Below are positions 48,489 to 59,129 of a stretch of 64,000 bases of DNA, piece by piece. Where the stretch lies: positions 1,856,001 through 1,920,000 of the forward strand of contig OY760937.1 of assembly GCA_963664225.1 (NCBI GenBank). The letters are read 5' to 3'. Made by a program: the position numbers and the translations under genes. Positions within the stretch are counted from its first letter, which is position 1. Each line of letters starts with the position of its first letter. This DNA is from Verrucomicrobiia bacterium (GTDB taxonomy: Bacteria > Verrucomicrobiota > Verrucomicrobiia > Limisphaerales > UBA1319). The notes below the pieces were generated by a model. The model had not been told where the DNA came from, searched no databases, and worked only from the letters and a program-made list of their open reading frames with translations.

Positions 48489-49763
48489 TTAGTAAGAGGC
48501 GCGCAGGCCGAGATACACCCGGTTCCGCGTGAAACTGCGATCTTGAATGTCCGAGTCAAGACGATCAAAATTATAACCAGCTTCCGCCGCCAAATACTGG
48601 TTGATCGTATAGGTCAGATTCAAACCCACAACGAAATAATTGTCTTCCCTGCTGTTGTAGGGCCCCTGATTGAAGCTCGAGTTTTGCAACTGGCCCATCA
48701 CGCTGCCCATTAACTTGGCCGTGATCTGGTGGTTGATCGATCCATAAACCGTGGTGGCCTCCTGGTCCAGCGCCAGAATATCGGTCGCCATCCGCGAGTG
48801 CTTGATCCCCAACTGGGCATAGCTGCCCGTGGTGTAGGCATAGGTCACATTGGCATCCGCGTAAGGAATGGTGGAATCGTCATTGAGCTTCCCGCCGGAT
48901 AGCGACTTGGCGTTTTGGTATTCCGTGAACTGGCCGCCCACGCGTGCGGAGGCGCTCAACTTGGAGTTGATCGTCTGATCGACACCCACATACGCATAGT
49001 GCGAGCGATTGTCACGAATCTTGGAATTAACAGTGCCAGGAGCTCCGTAAGCGGATGCGTCAATGGTCTTCTTGTCGTCGTAATTAACCATGCCGTACTG
49101 ATAACCCAAAATGCCGACCGTCTTGGGCAGCAGATGCCAGCGTGTATCGAAGGTGATCAGGTGCTCCATGCGGTTCAGCAACCCGGCGTAAACTTCGTTA
49201 TCATAGTCATAGAGCGAGTTGGAATAACCCAACTCGATTCCAAACAGACGGGTGATCTCGGCCTGAAACTTCGCCGCAGCCGTATTGCGGATATTATTGC
49301 CATTCAAACGCAGGGGAATCGCAACAGGACCGTCGCCCGCCATCAGGGCGGGTTCCTGGGCAATGACGAATGAATCGTTCAAATCCAAACGATAGTTCTC
49401 GGTAAACGCATGATTCAAGTGCGCATTAAATTGATGAGAATGATCGGCCTTGTTATCTTTCCGATCCTCATAATAACGCATGCTGTACTGATAACTCAGG
49501 CTGATCAAGGTCTGATCCAGCGGCAGATTCAAGCTGGCTGAAGGGCTGATCTCCATGCCATAGCTGGAACGCGCGGTCCCCAGGGCGGGATTCGAGCGAG
49601 TCTCCGGCGAGGTGGTGTAATTGTCATCGTAGAAACCGCGCAAGGACGCAGCAACACTCCAAGGTTTCGAGCGCTCTGTGGCGGAAAGGCCTGGAGCGTA
49701 AGCGGCCTGGAGGCTGACAGCACCCAAGGCAGCCAGACTGGCGGTCATGATAATCTTTTTCAT
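48489..49763 (-). CDS. Outer-membrane beta-barrel associated with EPS export (BBP2/EpsL-like)
   Basis: Signal peptide, GFYDDN, alternating beta-strands, C-terminal RNRVYLGLRASY; adjacent to wzc/OPX. Confidence 0.85.
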   Translation of the reverse strand: MKKIIMTASLAALGAVSLQAAYAPGLSATERSKPWSVAASLRGFYDDNYTTSPETRSNPALGTARSSYGMEISPSASLNLPLDQTLISLSYQYSMRYYEDRKDNKADHSHQFNAHLNHAFTENYRLDLNDSFVIAQEPALMAGDGPVAIPLRLNGNNIRNTAAAKFQAEITRLFGIELGYSNSLYDYDNEVYAGLLNRMEHLITFDTRWHLLPKTVGILGYQYGMVNYDDKKTIDASAYGAPGTVNSKIRDNRSHYAYVGVDQTINSKLSASARVGGQFTEYQNAKSLSGGKLNDDSTIPYADANVTYAYTTGSYAQLGIKHSRMATDILALDQEATTVYGSINHQITAKLMGSVMGQLQNSSFNQGPYNSREDNYFVVGLNLTYTINQYLAAEAGYNFDRLDSDIQDRSFTRNRVYLGLRASY

Positions 49764-49818
49764 ATCTTTATAAATTAACTAGTTTGGCCCGAGATCAGCT
49801 TTTTGAATCTTGGTTCCC

Positions 49819-49847
49819 TTTCTACGTTGGTTCCAAGACCTTGTCAA
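49819..49847 (-). promoter_or_regulatory. sigma70-type promoter for the beta-barrel/EPS genes
   Basis: Minus strand TTGACA-17 nt-TAGAAA. Confidence 0.55.
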
Positions 49848-49880
49848 ATACAAACGTTGTTTTTCTGTAGAATATTTCAG

Positions 49881-51656
49881 TTACCGATTTCCGTTCCGCC
49901 ACCGTTCCCAATCCGACAGAAACACTTGATCCGGCAAGACATCCGACCAGGCATTGCGCAAAGGGAACCCCACTGGCACACTTCCCTTAAGCAGGCTCTC
50001 CAAAACGAACTGGCCCCATGATCGGTCATCTCCTTTGACCAATCGTGTCAAAAAGCGTTCATCCAAAGTTAAATGCGTTAAATATAGTCCTTTGATCGGC
50101 TTTTGTAAGTCGTTTATGCTGAAGAAGTCGGGCTTTATTCTCATCGTCAGCCAAATGGTTTCCCGACGCCCATACCAGGCCACCGCCCAGGGCATGTCGC
50201 TCATCATCACTTCATTGGTCTCCAGATACCCCGCCGTCTTTTGAATCAGCCAGGGATAATACGGTGGATAGCTGATCGGATAGGTCTTTGGCGGCAGCAG
50301 CGTCAGAGCCATCGGCGCGCAAAGAATTATCCCGGCCAGACTGAGAATCCAAGTCCGAGCGCTCGGAAAGGGCAATTCCAAGCTGTCCAGGAGCACCATG
50401 AACAAAGCCGCGCCGAACATGATGACCAGGGGTCCGAAGATCGCCAATAAATTTTCCGAACGCACCTCGACCACGCCGTCAGTCAGCCATGTTTGAGTCA
50501 AGGCCTGCACCACGACAAAAATCAGGAGGCTGAACACCAGAAAATAGCGCAACCGCGATAAACCCGCCCGTTTAAAGGGCATCATCAGCCCCACCAGGAA
50601 CAACGCGGACACCCAGCTTCCGCAAATATTTGCCAGTTCGAGACGAATGATATGGCGGGCATTGCCAACAAGTTTGCGCAACCCGTCATCGACCAGGCTC
50701 ACATTCAGCAGCGCATCGTCAATCTTAAGGGACCGTTCAATCGTCGCCTCCTGCAAACCAGGCATTCCCTGATTGACCGCATAGCCGGCCGTGCCAAAAA
50801 GTGTGCCGCTGATCTGATAATTGCGCGCCAGCCACGGGGTCATCACAAGCGCGCAGGCCAGCAAGGCCAGGGGCAACGTTACCGGGCGCTGCTTTCCACC
50901 AAAGACCGCCAGAAACAACACGGCGGGGAGCAACAACCATACCATCGAATACTGCGTCATGGCCGCAGTTCCAATCAGCGAGCCCACCGTTATCGCCATA
51001 ACGGCGAACCATGTGGTCGAATGCGCCTGCTCCTCTCTGACTGCGGATTCAATGCGGGTCAAACATTCGACAAGCGCCAGAACCAGCACAATCAGCAACA
51101 TCGTTGGCAAACCAGAAATGCTGAAGTGCCAGTAGAGGCTCGTGCAGACGAACAAAATGGCCGAAAACCAGGCCACGCTCCGGTCAAACAGGCGTAGGGA
51201 GAGTCGAAAGAGCATCCATGCGGCCAGAGCAAACCATAATTGGTTGAACAAAGCGATGTAAAACTCCGGCTGGTATCGGATCAACTGCTGGTTTTGAGGG
51301 ATCACCCATTGCATGGGGATGATTTTCATCCAGCCTGCCAGGAGATAAGGATAGACGGGCGGATAGGTCAAATCCGGGACCGCTGTCTTCAGCACATTGG
51401 GATTGCCCCCCTGCTGCTTCTCGAGCATGCCGATGACCAATGGACGCACGCAATCCGTCACGAAGCCCTTGCCTTCGGAAATGTTTCGGGCCACCTGTGA
51501 CATGTCCATGGCTTCGGGGGCGGTGAAATTCCGGAATTCCCGCAAATCATAGATCGCCGCCATGGCGAGCAGGGCCAGGAATACCGCAGCCAATTTGATG
51601 ATCCGCACGCCTTCGCCCTCTTCAAATTTGTGAATTATTTCTTGTAATGGAAGCAT
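49881..51656 (-). CDS. GT-C fold polytopic glycosyltransferase (GT39/ArnT-like)
   Basis: About 11-13 TM helices; EAMDMSQVARNISEGKGF first loop, PPVYPYLLA, PWLARNY. Confidence 0.8.
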   Translation of the reverse strand: MLPLQEIIHKFEEGEGVRIIKLAAVFLALLAMAAIYDLREFRNFTAPEAMDMSQVARNISEGKGFVTDCVRPLVIGMLEKQQGGNPNVLKTAVPDLTYPPVYPYLLAGWMKIIPMQWVIPQNQQLIRYQPEFYIALFNQLWFALAAWMLFRLSLRLFDRSVAWFSAILFVCTSLYWHFSISGLPTMLLIVLVLALVECLTRIESAVREEQAHSTTWFAVMAITVGSLIGTAAMTQYSMVWLLLPAVLFLAVFGGKQRPVTLPLALLACALVMTPWLARNYQISGTLFGTAGYAVNQGMPGLQEATIERSLKIDDALLNVSLVDDGLRKLVGNARHIIRLELANICGSWVSALFLVGLMMPFKRAGLSRLRYFLVFSLLIFVVVQALTQTWLTDGVVEVRSENLLAIFGPLVIMFGAALFMVLLDSLELPFPSARTWILSLAGIILCAPMALTLLPPKTYPISYPPYYPWLIQKTAGYLETNEVMMSDMPWAVAWYGRRETIWLTMRIKPDFFSINDLQKPIKGLYLTHLTLDERFLTRLVKGDDRSWGQFVLESLLKGSVPVGFPLRNAWSDVLPDQVFLSDWERWRNGNR

Positions 51657-51657
51657 A

Positions 51658-53031
51658 TTAAAACCCTTCTAAATGGTAGGTATGGAGTTTGCGATGGAGC
51701 GTGCGGCGACTCACGCCGATTTGCCTGGCCGCCTGAGATCGATTTCCCCCGCATTCGTCCAGGGCGCGCGCGATCAGTTTCTTTTCGGCCTCCTGCACCG
51801 TCAGGGAACCCTCCGGCAGTGCGGCAGCGTCGGGCTGAATCACACCGGCGCCAGCGGCCTTGCGCACCGTGGCAGGCAGATCCCGAAGTGCGATCTTGTC
51901 TCCCCGGCAAAAAACAACCGAATGTTCGATGGCTGTGTGCAATTCGCGCACATTTCCCGGCCAGGAATAACCCATGAGGGCCTCCAGGGCTTCGGGTGCA
52001 ATGCCGGTGACTTTCTTGCCGTTCTCGCGCGCCATGTCCCGAACGAATGCGTTGGCGAGCAATGGAACGTCGTCCAACCGCGCGCGCAACGGCGGTAGCG
52101 TGATTTCCACCACACTCAAACGAAAGAACAAGTCCTCGCGGAATGTTCCCGCCTTGACCAGTTCCTTGAGATTCTTATTGGTGGCCGCCACCACTCGAAC
52201 ATCCGCAGTGAGGGTTTGATTGGACCCCACCCTTTCGTAGGTTCGCTCGCCCAGGAAACGGAGCAGCTTCACCTGCACGGCGGCGTCGATTTCCCCAATC
52301 TCGTCCAAAAACAGCGTGCCGCCCTGGGCCTGTTCAAAACGCCCCATATGCCGCTCGTGCGCGCCGGTGAACGCCCCTTTTTCATGGCCGAAAAGCTCAC
52401 TTTCGAGCAGCGTCGGGCTCAACGCGGCGCAATGGACCGTGACCAGGGGATTTCTCGCCCTCGGACTCAGTTGGTGAATGGCTTTGGCGATCAGTTCCTT
52501 GCCCGTGCCGCTCTCCCCCAGTATCAGCACCGTCGCCCGGGTGGGGGCCACCTGCTGCACGATCTCAAAAACGTCTCGCATCGGCTGGGATTCGCCCACC
52601 ATGTTTTCCAGGCCGAACTTGGTATCCAACTGCTGGTGAAGGCTTTCGTTTTCCGTTTCCAGACTTTGCTGGCGCAGCACTCGGCTGATGCGCATCTCCA
52701 GTTCGTCGATCTGCAACCGGCCCTTGGCCACATAATCGTCCGCCCCCTGTTTCATGGCCTCGACCGCCACCTCTTCGGAGCCGTAGGCGGTCATCAGGAT
52801 GCATACTGGCGGACGTCGCAAGGATTTGGCGCGGCGGATCAACTTCATGCCGTCCTCCTTGGGGAGGCGCAGATCGGTCAGCAACACGTTGAAACGCTCC
52901 CGTTCCAGCAATTCCATGGCGGAGGCGGCGTCCTCGCTCACATACACGTCGTAGTGATCCTCCAACGCGGAACGCAAACCTTCGCGCGTGGTTTTCTCAT
53001 CATCGACAATCAGCAGGCTGGGTTTCTTCAT
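51658..53031 (-). CDS. sigma54-dependent (NtrC-family) response regulator
   Basis: [32 protein letters not shown], Fis-type HTH. Confidence 0.95.
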   Translation of the reverse strand: MKKPSLLIVDDEKTTREGLRSALEDHYDVYVSEDAASAMELLERERFNVLLTDLRLPKEDGMKLIRRAKSLRRPPVCILMTAYGSEEVAVEAMKQGADDYVAKGRLQIDELEMRISRVLRQQSLETENESLHQQLDTKFGLENMVGESQPMRDVFEIVQQVAPTRATVLILGESGTGKELIAKAIHQLSPRARNPLVTVHCAALSPTLLESELFGHEKGAFTGAHERHMGRFEQAQGGTLFLDEIGEIDAAVQVKLLRFLGERTYERVGSNQTLTADVRVVAATNKNLKELVKAGTFREDLFFRLSVVEITLPPLRARLDDVPLLANAFVRDMARENGKKVTGIAPEALEALMGYSWPGNVRELHTAIEHSVVFCRGDKIALRDLPATVRKAAGAGVIQPDAAALPEGSLTVQEAEKKLIARALDECGGNRSQAARQIGVSRRTLHRKLHTYHLEGF

Positions 53032-53032
53032 G

Positions 53033-54295
53033 TCAATCAGGGAGGCGCGCCTCCAAAAGCCGGGGTTGCGGTTCATGCATGGGCAGACGGACGCGGAATG
53101 TGGTGCCCTGGCCAACCCGGCTCTCCACCTCGATGCGCCCGCCGTGGGCCCGAATGATGCGTTGGACGATCATCAAGCCCAGGCCCGAACCTTTGGCTTT
53201 GGTCGTGTAATAAGGTTCGAAGAGGCGCTTGATCGTTTCCTGGGGAATGCCGCCGCCGGTGTCGTTGACACTGAACCAGACATCATCGCCCTCGTGTCCG
53301 GTGGCCACCGTCAATTCACCACCCTTGGTCATCGCCTGCATCGCATTTTTCATCAGGTTGACGAGCACTTGCGTGATCTGTGCCGAATCCAACGGCGCCA
53401 GTGGGAGGGCGCGGGTGAGTTTTTCATTCACATACAAACCACGATTCTCCAATTCCGGCTTCAGCAGGGCCAGTGCGCCGCCCACCACATCGTTGAGCGA
53501 GGCCAGATTCAGCCGCAACGGCGTGGGCCGGATGGCCTGTAAAAATTGGGTGATGATATAGTCCAAGCGGGTCAACTCCCCTTTGGCCACGCCCAAAAAG
53601 CGCTCCATCTGGCGGACGGCATCCCGGGCGACTGCCGTCGATTTTCCGCCGGAACGGGATCGCAACACTTCTTTGAACGATGCGGATTGGTTCGCACCAA
53701 CGGCTGCCGATATTTTATTTAACTCTCTCTCCATCAATTGGATGTGAATGTTCAACGCGTTGAGCGGGTTGCCGATTTCATGCGCCACGCTCGCCGCCAG
53801 CAGAGTCAGGGCCTGCACACGCTCGCTTTCGATGGCCTCAAAGGTCTTTTGTCGCGCCTCCGTGGCGTCATGCAGGATCAAGGCCAGGCCGCCCTCTGCC
53901 CCCTTGATGCTGCCTTCCAACGGGGCGGCGTAGAGGCGCAGGAACCGGGGCATCGGATAGTTGATTTCAAATTCATGGCGCGAAACGCCCCGCGCCCCCT
54001 CCGGATCAGGAGTGCAGAGGTGCTCCCAATTCAACCCGGGCAAATACCGCGCAATGGGCTGCCCCTCGGCTGTGTCCTGGCGCAATCCGATCAGATTGGT
54101 GACCGCCTGGTTGAAATAGAGAATCGATCCTGAGCGATCAACCACGATGACGCCGTCTTCAATCGTGTTAAAGAGCACCTCCAGGAAACTTCTCTCATTG
54201 GCCAGACGCTCCACCACGGTCTGCAATCCCTCGGGATTGAGCCGGTCGATGCGGCCAAGCAGCTTGCCTAGAAAACTGGATTTTGGAGAGGCCAC
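53033..54295 (-). CDS. PAS sensor histidine kinase
   Basis: AHEIGNPL, NLMKNA, DTGGGI, GSGLGL. Confidence 0.93.
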   Translation of the reverse strand: MASPKSSFLGKLLGRIDRLNPEGLQTVVERLANERSFLEVLFNTIEDGVIVVDRSGSILYFNQAVTNLIGLRQDTAEGQPIARYLPGLNWEHLCTPDPEGARGVSRHEFEINYPMPRFLRLYAAPLEGSIKGAEGGLALILHDATEARQKTFEAIESERVQALTLLAASVAHEIGNPLNALNIHIQLMERELNKISAAVGANQSASFKEVLRSRSGGKSTAVARDAVRQMERFLGVAKGELTRLDYIITQFLQAIRPTPLRLNLASLNDVVGGALALLKPELENRGLYVNEKLTRALPLAPLDSAQITQVLVNLMKNAMQAMTKGGELTVATGHEGDDVWFSVNDTGGGIPQETIKRLFEPYYTTKAKGSGLGLMIVQRIIRAHGGRIEVESRVGQGTTFRVRLPMHEPQPRLLEARLPD

Positions 54296-54301
54296 AAGCG
54301 T

Positions 54302-55300
54302 TTATACCCACTTCTTCTTCTTGAAATACAGATAGGTCGCCAGAGTCGAAACCACCGTGATCCCCATCGCCAGCCAATAGCCATACCGCCACTTGACCTC
54401 AGGCAGTTCCGTAAAATTCATTCCATACCAGGTCCCCACCATCATTAAAGGCGTCGTGATGACGGTAATCATGGTCAATAGCTTTACCACCTCCCCGGTC
54501 TGATTCGAGGACATGTTCAAATAGACCTGAAGAATGCCCGTCAGCGAATCGGCGTAATTCTGGGACAGCTCGGAAATATGAAACAGCCCGTCGTAAACGT
54601 CCCGGTAATAAGGCACCATGTGCGCCCGTATCATCTTGAAGTCACCGCGCGCAAACCGGGCCAGCACTTCCCGCTGCGGCCCCACGATCTGACGCAGGTG
54701 GAGCACTTCCTTTTTGATTTTGATGATCTTGTTCAATACGGAGACGTTGGAATGCTGGAGCACCTGCTGCTCCAATTCGCCAATCTCCAGCGAGAAAGCG
54801 TCCAGCGCCGGTTTGTAGTTGTCCACAATCCCGTCGAGCAGCGTGTGCGCAACACGGTCTGGCGCGCGCGCGATATGCACCGTGCTCTTCATGCAACGCT
54901 CTTCGGTGGCTTGGACGCTTTTTAATGGGACGGTGTGGTAGGTGACCAGAAAGTTTTTTCCGAGGAAGAAATCCAGCTCCTGCGTTGCAAATCCGCCGTC
55001 CTTCTTATTGTAATCGACCGCGTGGATCACCATGAACAGGTAGGGAGCAAACCTATCCTCTTCTCGTGGAGTATATTCCTCGACCTTGGGAGAGGAGCTA
55101 ACAGTGACGCAATCCTCGATCGAAAGGGGATGGAAATGAAAGACGTCCTCGAGAATGCATTTGACCTCTTCGGGGGTCGCATTTTCAAGGTCCACCCACA
55201 AAAAGAGATTTGTGTCCGCCAATAGGGTCGGCATCAGAAAGACTTCCAAGTCTTTGCTGTGCAAGCGGCCCTGAGTTGTGAACGCAAATGAACGAACCAT
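54302..55300 (-). CDS. corA: CorA magnesium/cobalt transporter
   Basis: FHFHPLSIEDC, YYRDVYD, YGMNF, two C-terminal TM helices. Confidence 0.93.
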   Translation of the reverse strand: MVRSFAFTTQGRLHSKDLEVFLMPTLLADTNLFLWVDLENATPEEVKCILEDVFHFHPLSIEDCVTVSSSPKVEEYTPREEDRFAPYLFMVIHAVDYNKKDGGFATQELDFFLGKNFLVTYHTVPLKSVQATEERCMKSTVHIARAPDRVAHTLLDGIVDNYKPALDAFSLEIGELEQQVLQHSNVSVLNKIIKIKKEVLHLRQIVGPQREVLARFARGDFKMIRAHMVPYYRDVYDGLFHISELSQNYADSLTGILQVYLNMSSNQTGEVVKLLTMITVITTPLMMVGTWYGMNFTELPEVKWRYGYWLAMGITVVSTLATYLYFKKKKWV

Positions 55301-55516
55301 ATATTCGGAGGCGGACCGCCTTTAGGGCTCCGCGCCATGTTGGCACACAGAATAGACAGGACTCCTTGTATGGCAAGCGCAGATTGTGTGACAAAATGAA
55401 CCACTTCTCGCCTGGATTTCAAAAAAAACAGTTCTTACTGCGTTCCCCAAAAACGGGCGCTTCTGCAATCAAGGCTTGGGTTTTTTCGCGCCCGGTGTCA
55501 TAGTGATCCCTGGATT

Positions 55517-56290
55517 ATGCTGGCAAAAAGAGTCATACCGTGTCTGGACGTTCATGCGGGCCAGGTGACGCGAGGAGTGCAATTCGGCAAGGCCGAGGCG
55601 GGGGAACTGCGCAATGTGGGCGATCCGGTGCAACTGGCGCTGTCTTACAATGCGCAGGGGGCGGACGAAATGGTGTTTTACGACATCACGGCCAGCGCCC
55701 ACGGACGAACCACGATGGTGGAAGTCATTCAACGCGTCGCGGACCAGTGTTTCATGCCGCTGACCGTGGGGGGCGGCATCCGGGCCATTGAAGACATGAG
55801 CATCATGCTCAAGGCGGGCGCCGACAAGGTCAGCATCAATTCCAGCGCCCTGTCCACGCCGGACCTGATTCGCGCCGGGGCGGAGAAATTCGGCAGCCAG
55901 TGCATTGTGGTTTCCATCGACGCCAAGAAGACCGGGCCGGACACCTGGGAGGTTTATTCGCATGGGGGACGCAAGCCGACGGGATTGCAGGCGGTGGATT
56001 GGGCGGTGCGGGCAGTGACACTGGGCGCGGGGGAGATCGTGCTCAACAGCATCGATGCGGACGGGACCAAGGCGGGTTACGACCTGGTGATCACCTCGCG
56101 GATCAGCGAGGCGGTTGGGGTTCCGGTGGTGGCCAGCGGCGGTGCGGGCAATCTGGATCACATGGTGGCGGTGCTGCGGGAGGGCAAGGCGGACGCGGTG
56201 CTGGCGGCGAGCATTTTTCACTTTGGCACGTACACGGTCGGGGACGTGAAAAAATACCTGGCCAGGCATTCCATTCCCGTACGCTCATAA
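55517..56290 (+). CDS. hisF: Imidazole glycerol phosphate synthase subunit HisF
   Basis: [42 protein letters not shown]. Confidence 0.97.
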   Translation: MLAKRVIPCLDVHAGQVTRGVQFGKAEAGELRNVGDPVQLALSYNAQGADEMVFYDITASAHGRTTMVEVIQRVADQCFMPLTVGGGIRAIEDMSIMLKAGADKVSINSSALSTPDLIRAGAEKFGSQCIVVSIDAKKTGPDTWEVYSHGGRKPTGLQAVDWAVRAVTLGAGEIVLNSIDADGTKAGYDLVITSRISEAVGVPVVASGGAGNLDHMVAVLREGKADAVLAASIFHFGTYTVGDVKKYLARHSIPVRS

Positions 56291-56304
56291 AGCTCCTGAT
56301 TCCC

Positions 56305-56664
56305 ATGACTGCAATTTCAATACCCATTGCCCGGGTTCTCCCGGTGTTTTTACTGGTGTCGTCGAATGTGTTCATGACCTTTGCGTGGTATGGGCACTTG
56401 AAATTCCGGAGCGCGCCCCTGTGGCTGGCGATTCTGGCCAGTTGGGGGATTGCCTTTTTCGAATACACCCTCATGGTGCCCGCGAACCGGGTGGGCTACC
56501 GTGTCTATAGCGCCACGGAGCTAAAAATCATTCAGGAGGTTATTACCTTGTGCGTCTTTGCCTGTTTTGCCATTTTTTATCTCGGTGAAAGTTTGCGCTG
56601 GAATCACCTGGCGGCCTTTGTCTGTATTTTAGCGGCGGTTGCCTTTACCTTTATACCCAAATGA
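56305..56664 (+). CDS. Small DMT-family membrane protein
   Basis: [38 protein letters not shown]; start ATG 56305. Confidence 0.9.
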   Translation: MTAISIPIARVLPVFLLVSSNVFMTFAWYGHLKFRSAPLWLAILASWGIAFFEYTLMVPANRVGYRVYSATELKIIQEVITLCVFACFAIFYLGESLRWNHLAAFVCILAAVAFTFIPK

Positions 56665-57053
56665 GCAGCTTTATTGACGGATTGAAGTTTGGCGCGGATG
56701 GATTGCTCCCCGCGATTGTGCAGGATCATGTCAGCGGCCGGGTGCTGATGCTGGCCTACATGAACCGCGAATCGGTGCAAAAGACGCTGGAACTGGGAAA
56801 GACCGTCTTTTGGAGCCGCTCGCGCAAAAAGTTCTGGATCAAAGGCGAAACGAGCGGGCATTTCCAGGTGGTCAAGGACATCGCGTTCGACTGCGATGGC
56901 GACGCGCTGCTCATTCAAGTGGAGCAGACGGGGCCGGCATGCCACGAAGGTTATCGCTCGTGCTTCTTTCGCTCGGTCAATGACGGTGGAAAGAAAATCG
57001 TCACGACCGAGGAGCGCATGGTCGATCCCGAAAAGATTTACGGGAAAAAGTAA
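56661..57053 (+). CDS. hisI: Phosphoribosyl-AMP cyclohydrolase
   Basis: [31 protein letters not shown]. Confidence 0.96.
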   Translation: MSSFIDGLKFGADGLLPAIVQDHVSGRVLMLAYMNRESVQKTLELGKTVFWSRSRKKFWIKGETSGHFQVVKDIAFDCDGDALLIQVEQTGPACHEGYRSCFFRSVNDGGKKIVTTEERMVDPEKIYGKK

Positions 57054-57580
57054 TGGAAGACCGTGTCGCATTCGGCGGCGGGTATTATTTGATTTGCCTG
57101 GCCCTGCTGATGGTGGCACGGGGCATGGATTTTTTAAGCACATGGATTGCGACGCCCAACCTGGTGCTGGAAGCCAACCCAATTGCCAAGAAATTGGGCT
57201 GGAAGCTGGGGGTCGTGATCAATGTCGTTCTGTGCGCCACATTCGCCTTGTGGCCGCTGCCGGCGATCGTCATCGCCACCACGAGCATTCTGGTGGCCGC
57301 CCGCAATTTTCAATCGGCATGGCTGATGCGCACGATGGGCGAGGAGCAATATCGCGGTTTCATGGCGGAGCAGATGTCCTATACCCCGTTCGGCCTTTAC
57401 CTGTTCTGTCTGGGATTCCAAACCGTCCTTTACCTGGTCATCGGTCTGGCGCTTGTTTTTTTCGACGATTCACAACTCGTGCCCTTTGCGGTGGGCATGG
57501 GCATGGTGGCCTATGCCATGGCCGTGGCCTTTTACAGCCTGCTGGCGGCGCGCCGCCATCGCCATCCACCCGAATGTTAG
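57053..57580 (+). CDS. Hypothetical membrane protein (DUF5658-like)
   Basis: DFLSTW...EANPI motif, several TM helices, overlaps the hisI stop. Confidence 0.7.
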   Translation: MEDRVAFGGGYYLICLALLMVARGMDFLSTWIATPNLVLEANPIAKKLGWKLGVVINVVLCATFALWPLPAIVIATTSILVAARNFQSAWLMRTMGEEQYRGFMAEQMSYTPFGLYLFCLGFQTVLYLVIGLALVFFDDSQLVPFAVGMGMVAYAMAVAFYSLLAARRHRHPPEC

Positions 57581-57608
57581 CCGCTTTCACTTATTTCTCC
57601 TGATTGCC

Positions 57609-59111
57609 ATGTATTACCCAAGCCCGGAACAATTCGCCCAATTCGCCACGCAGGGAAATCTCATCCCGGTCACGCGCAAATTGCTGGCCGATCTGGAAAC
57701 CCCGCTCTCGGCCTACCACAAAATTCGCGGTCAGGGCGAATCCTTCCTGTTCGAGTCCGTGGAAGGCGGGGAACACCTCGGGCGCTTTTCGTTCGTGGGG
57801 AGCAATCCGCGCGCGGTGGTGCGCCAGACCGGGAACGTGGTTGAGGTGCTGTCCAAAGGGATGGTTTTGGAAAGCGCCGTGGTGGGCCGCGACATTAAGG
57901 ACGGACTGGAACTGGTGGAGCGCCTGCTCAAACGCTACCGGCCGGTCACGGTGCCGGGGCTGCCCCGGTTCACGGGCGGCGCCATCGGGTTCATCGGGTA
58001 CGAATTCATTCACGACGTGGAGCCTGTGGTCCCCCGCCCCGCGCAGGATGATCTTAAAACCCCGGTGCTTTATTATTTGATCGCGGATGAATTGCTGGTG
58101 TTCGATCGCGTGGCCCAGACGCTGACCATCATCGTCAACGCCCTCGTGGATGAGGCCACTCCGGCGGAAACCGCTTATGCGATGGCGACGGCGCGGATTG
58201 ACCATATTGTGTCGCTGCTGCGGCGTCCGCTCGAGTCGCGCCCGGTGAGCCTGCCCGAGGAAACGCCCGATTTGCCGGTGGTTTCCAATGTGAGCCGGGA
58301 GAAATTCATCGAAAACGTCAAGGCCGCCAAGAAATACATCACGGCCGGGGATATCATCCAGGTGGTGGGTTCGCAGCGGTTCTCGACCCCGATTCACGCG
58401 ACGCCCCTGGATGTCTATCGCGCCGCGCGCACGATCAATCCCTCGCCCTACATGTTTCTGCTGGAACTGGACCGGTTCTCGCTGGTGGGGGCGTCACCGG
58501 AGATTCATGTTCGGTGCGAAGAAAACGCGGTGGAAATCCGGCCCATTGCGGGGACGCGGGCCCGCGGCAAAACGTCCGAGGAAGATCTGGCGCTCGAAAG
58601 GGAGTTGCTGGCCGATCCCAAGGAACGAGCCGAGCATGTGATGCTGGTGGACCTGGCGCGCAACGACCTGGGCCGGGTGTGCGATTACGGCACGGTGCAG
58701 GTGAAGGACTTGATGATCATTGAGCGCTACAGTCATGTGATGCATATCGTCTCCCAGGTGGTGGGGCATTTGCAGAATGGGCATACGCCTTATGACCTGA
58801 TGCGCGCGACTTTTCCGGCGGGCACGCTTTCCGGCGCGCCAAAAATCCGCGCGATGCAGATCATCTCGGAACTGGAGAAGACGCAGCGCGGGCCTTATGG
58901 CGGGTGCGTGGGCTATTTTTCGTTCAACGGCAATCTGGACTGCTGCATCACGATCCGCACGGCGCTGCTCAAGGATGGCATGGCCTATGTGCAGGCGGGC
59001 GGCGGGTGGGTCAACGATTCCGATCCGCAGGCGGAGTATCAGGAGACGGTGAATAAGTCGAAGTCGATGCTCAAGGCGGTGGCGATGGCGGAGAGTTTTG
59101 CAAGGCATTAA
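57609..59111 (+). CDS. trpE: Anthranilate synthase component I
   Basis: FLFESVEGGE, NPSPYM, KERAEHVMLVDLARND, FPAGTLSGAPKIRAM; start ATG 57609. Confidence 0.96.
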   Translation: MYYPSPEQFAQFATQGNLIPVTRKLLADLETPLSAYHKIRGQGESFLFESVEGGEHLGRFSFVGSNPRAVVRQTGNVVEVLSKGMVLESAVVGRDIKDGLELVERLLKRYRPVTVPGLPRFTGGAIGFIGYEFIHDVEPVVPRPAQDDLKTPVLYYLIADELLVFDRVAQTLTIIVNALVDEATPAETAYAMATARIDHIVSLLRRPLESRPVSLPEETPDLPVVSNVSREKFIENVKAAKKYITAGDIIQVVGSQRFSTPIHATPLDVYRAARTINPSPYMFLLELDRFSLVGASPEIHVRCEENAVEIRPIAGTRARGKTSEEDLALERELLADPKERAEHVMLVDLARNDLGRVCDYGTVQVKDLMIIERYSHVMHIVSQVVGHLQNGHTPYDLMRATFPAGTLSGAPKIRAMQIISELEKTQRGPYGGCVGYFSFNGNLDCCITIRTALLKDGMAYVQAGGGWVNDSDPQAEYQETVNKSKSMLKAVAMAESFARH

Positions 59112-59129
59112 AGGGAGGCGGGGGAAAAA

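Noticed and set aside
55900..56304. Long N-terminal extension of the DMT ORF
   Set aside because: Overlaps hisF in another frame; the family-like sequence starts at 56305.
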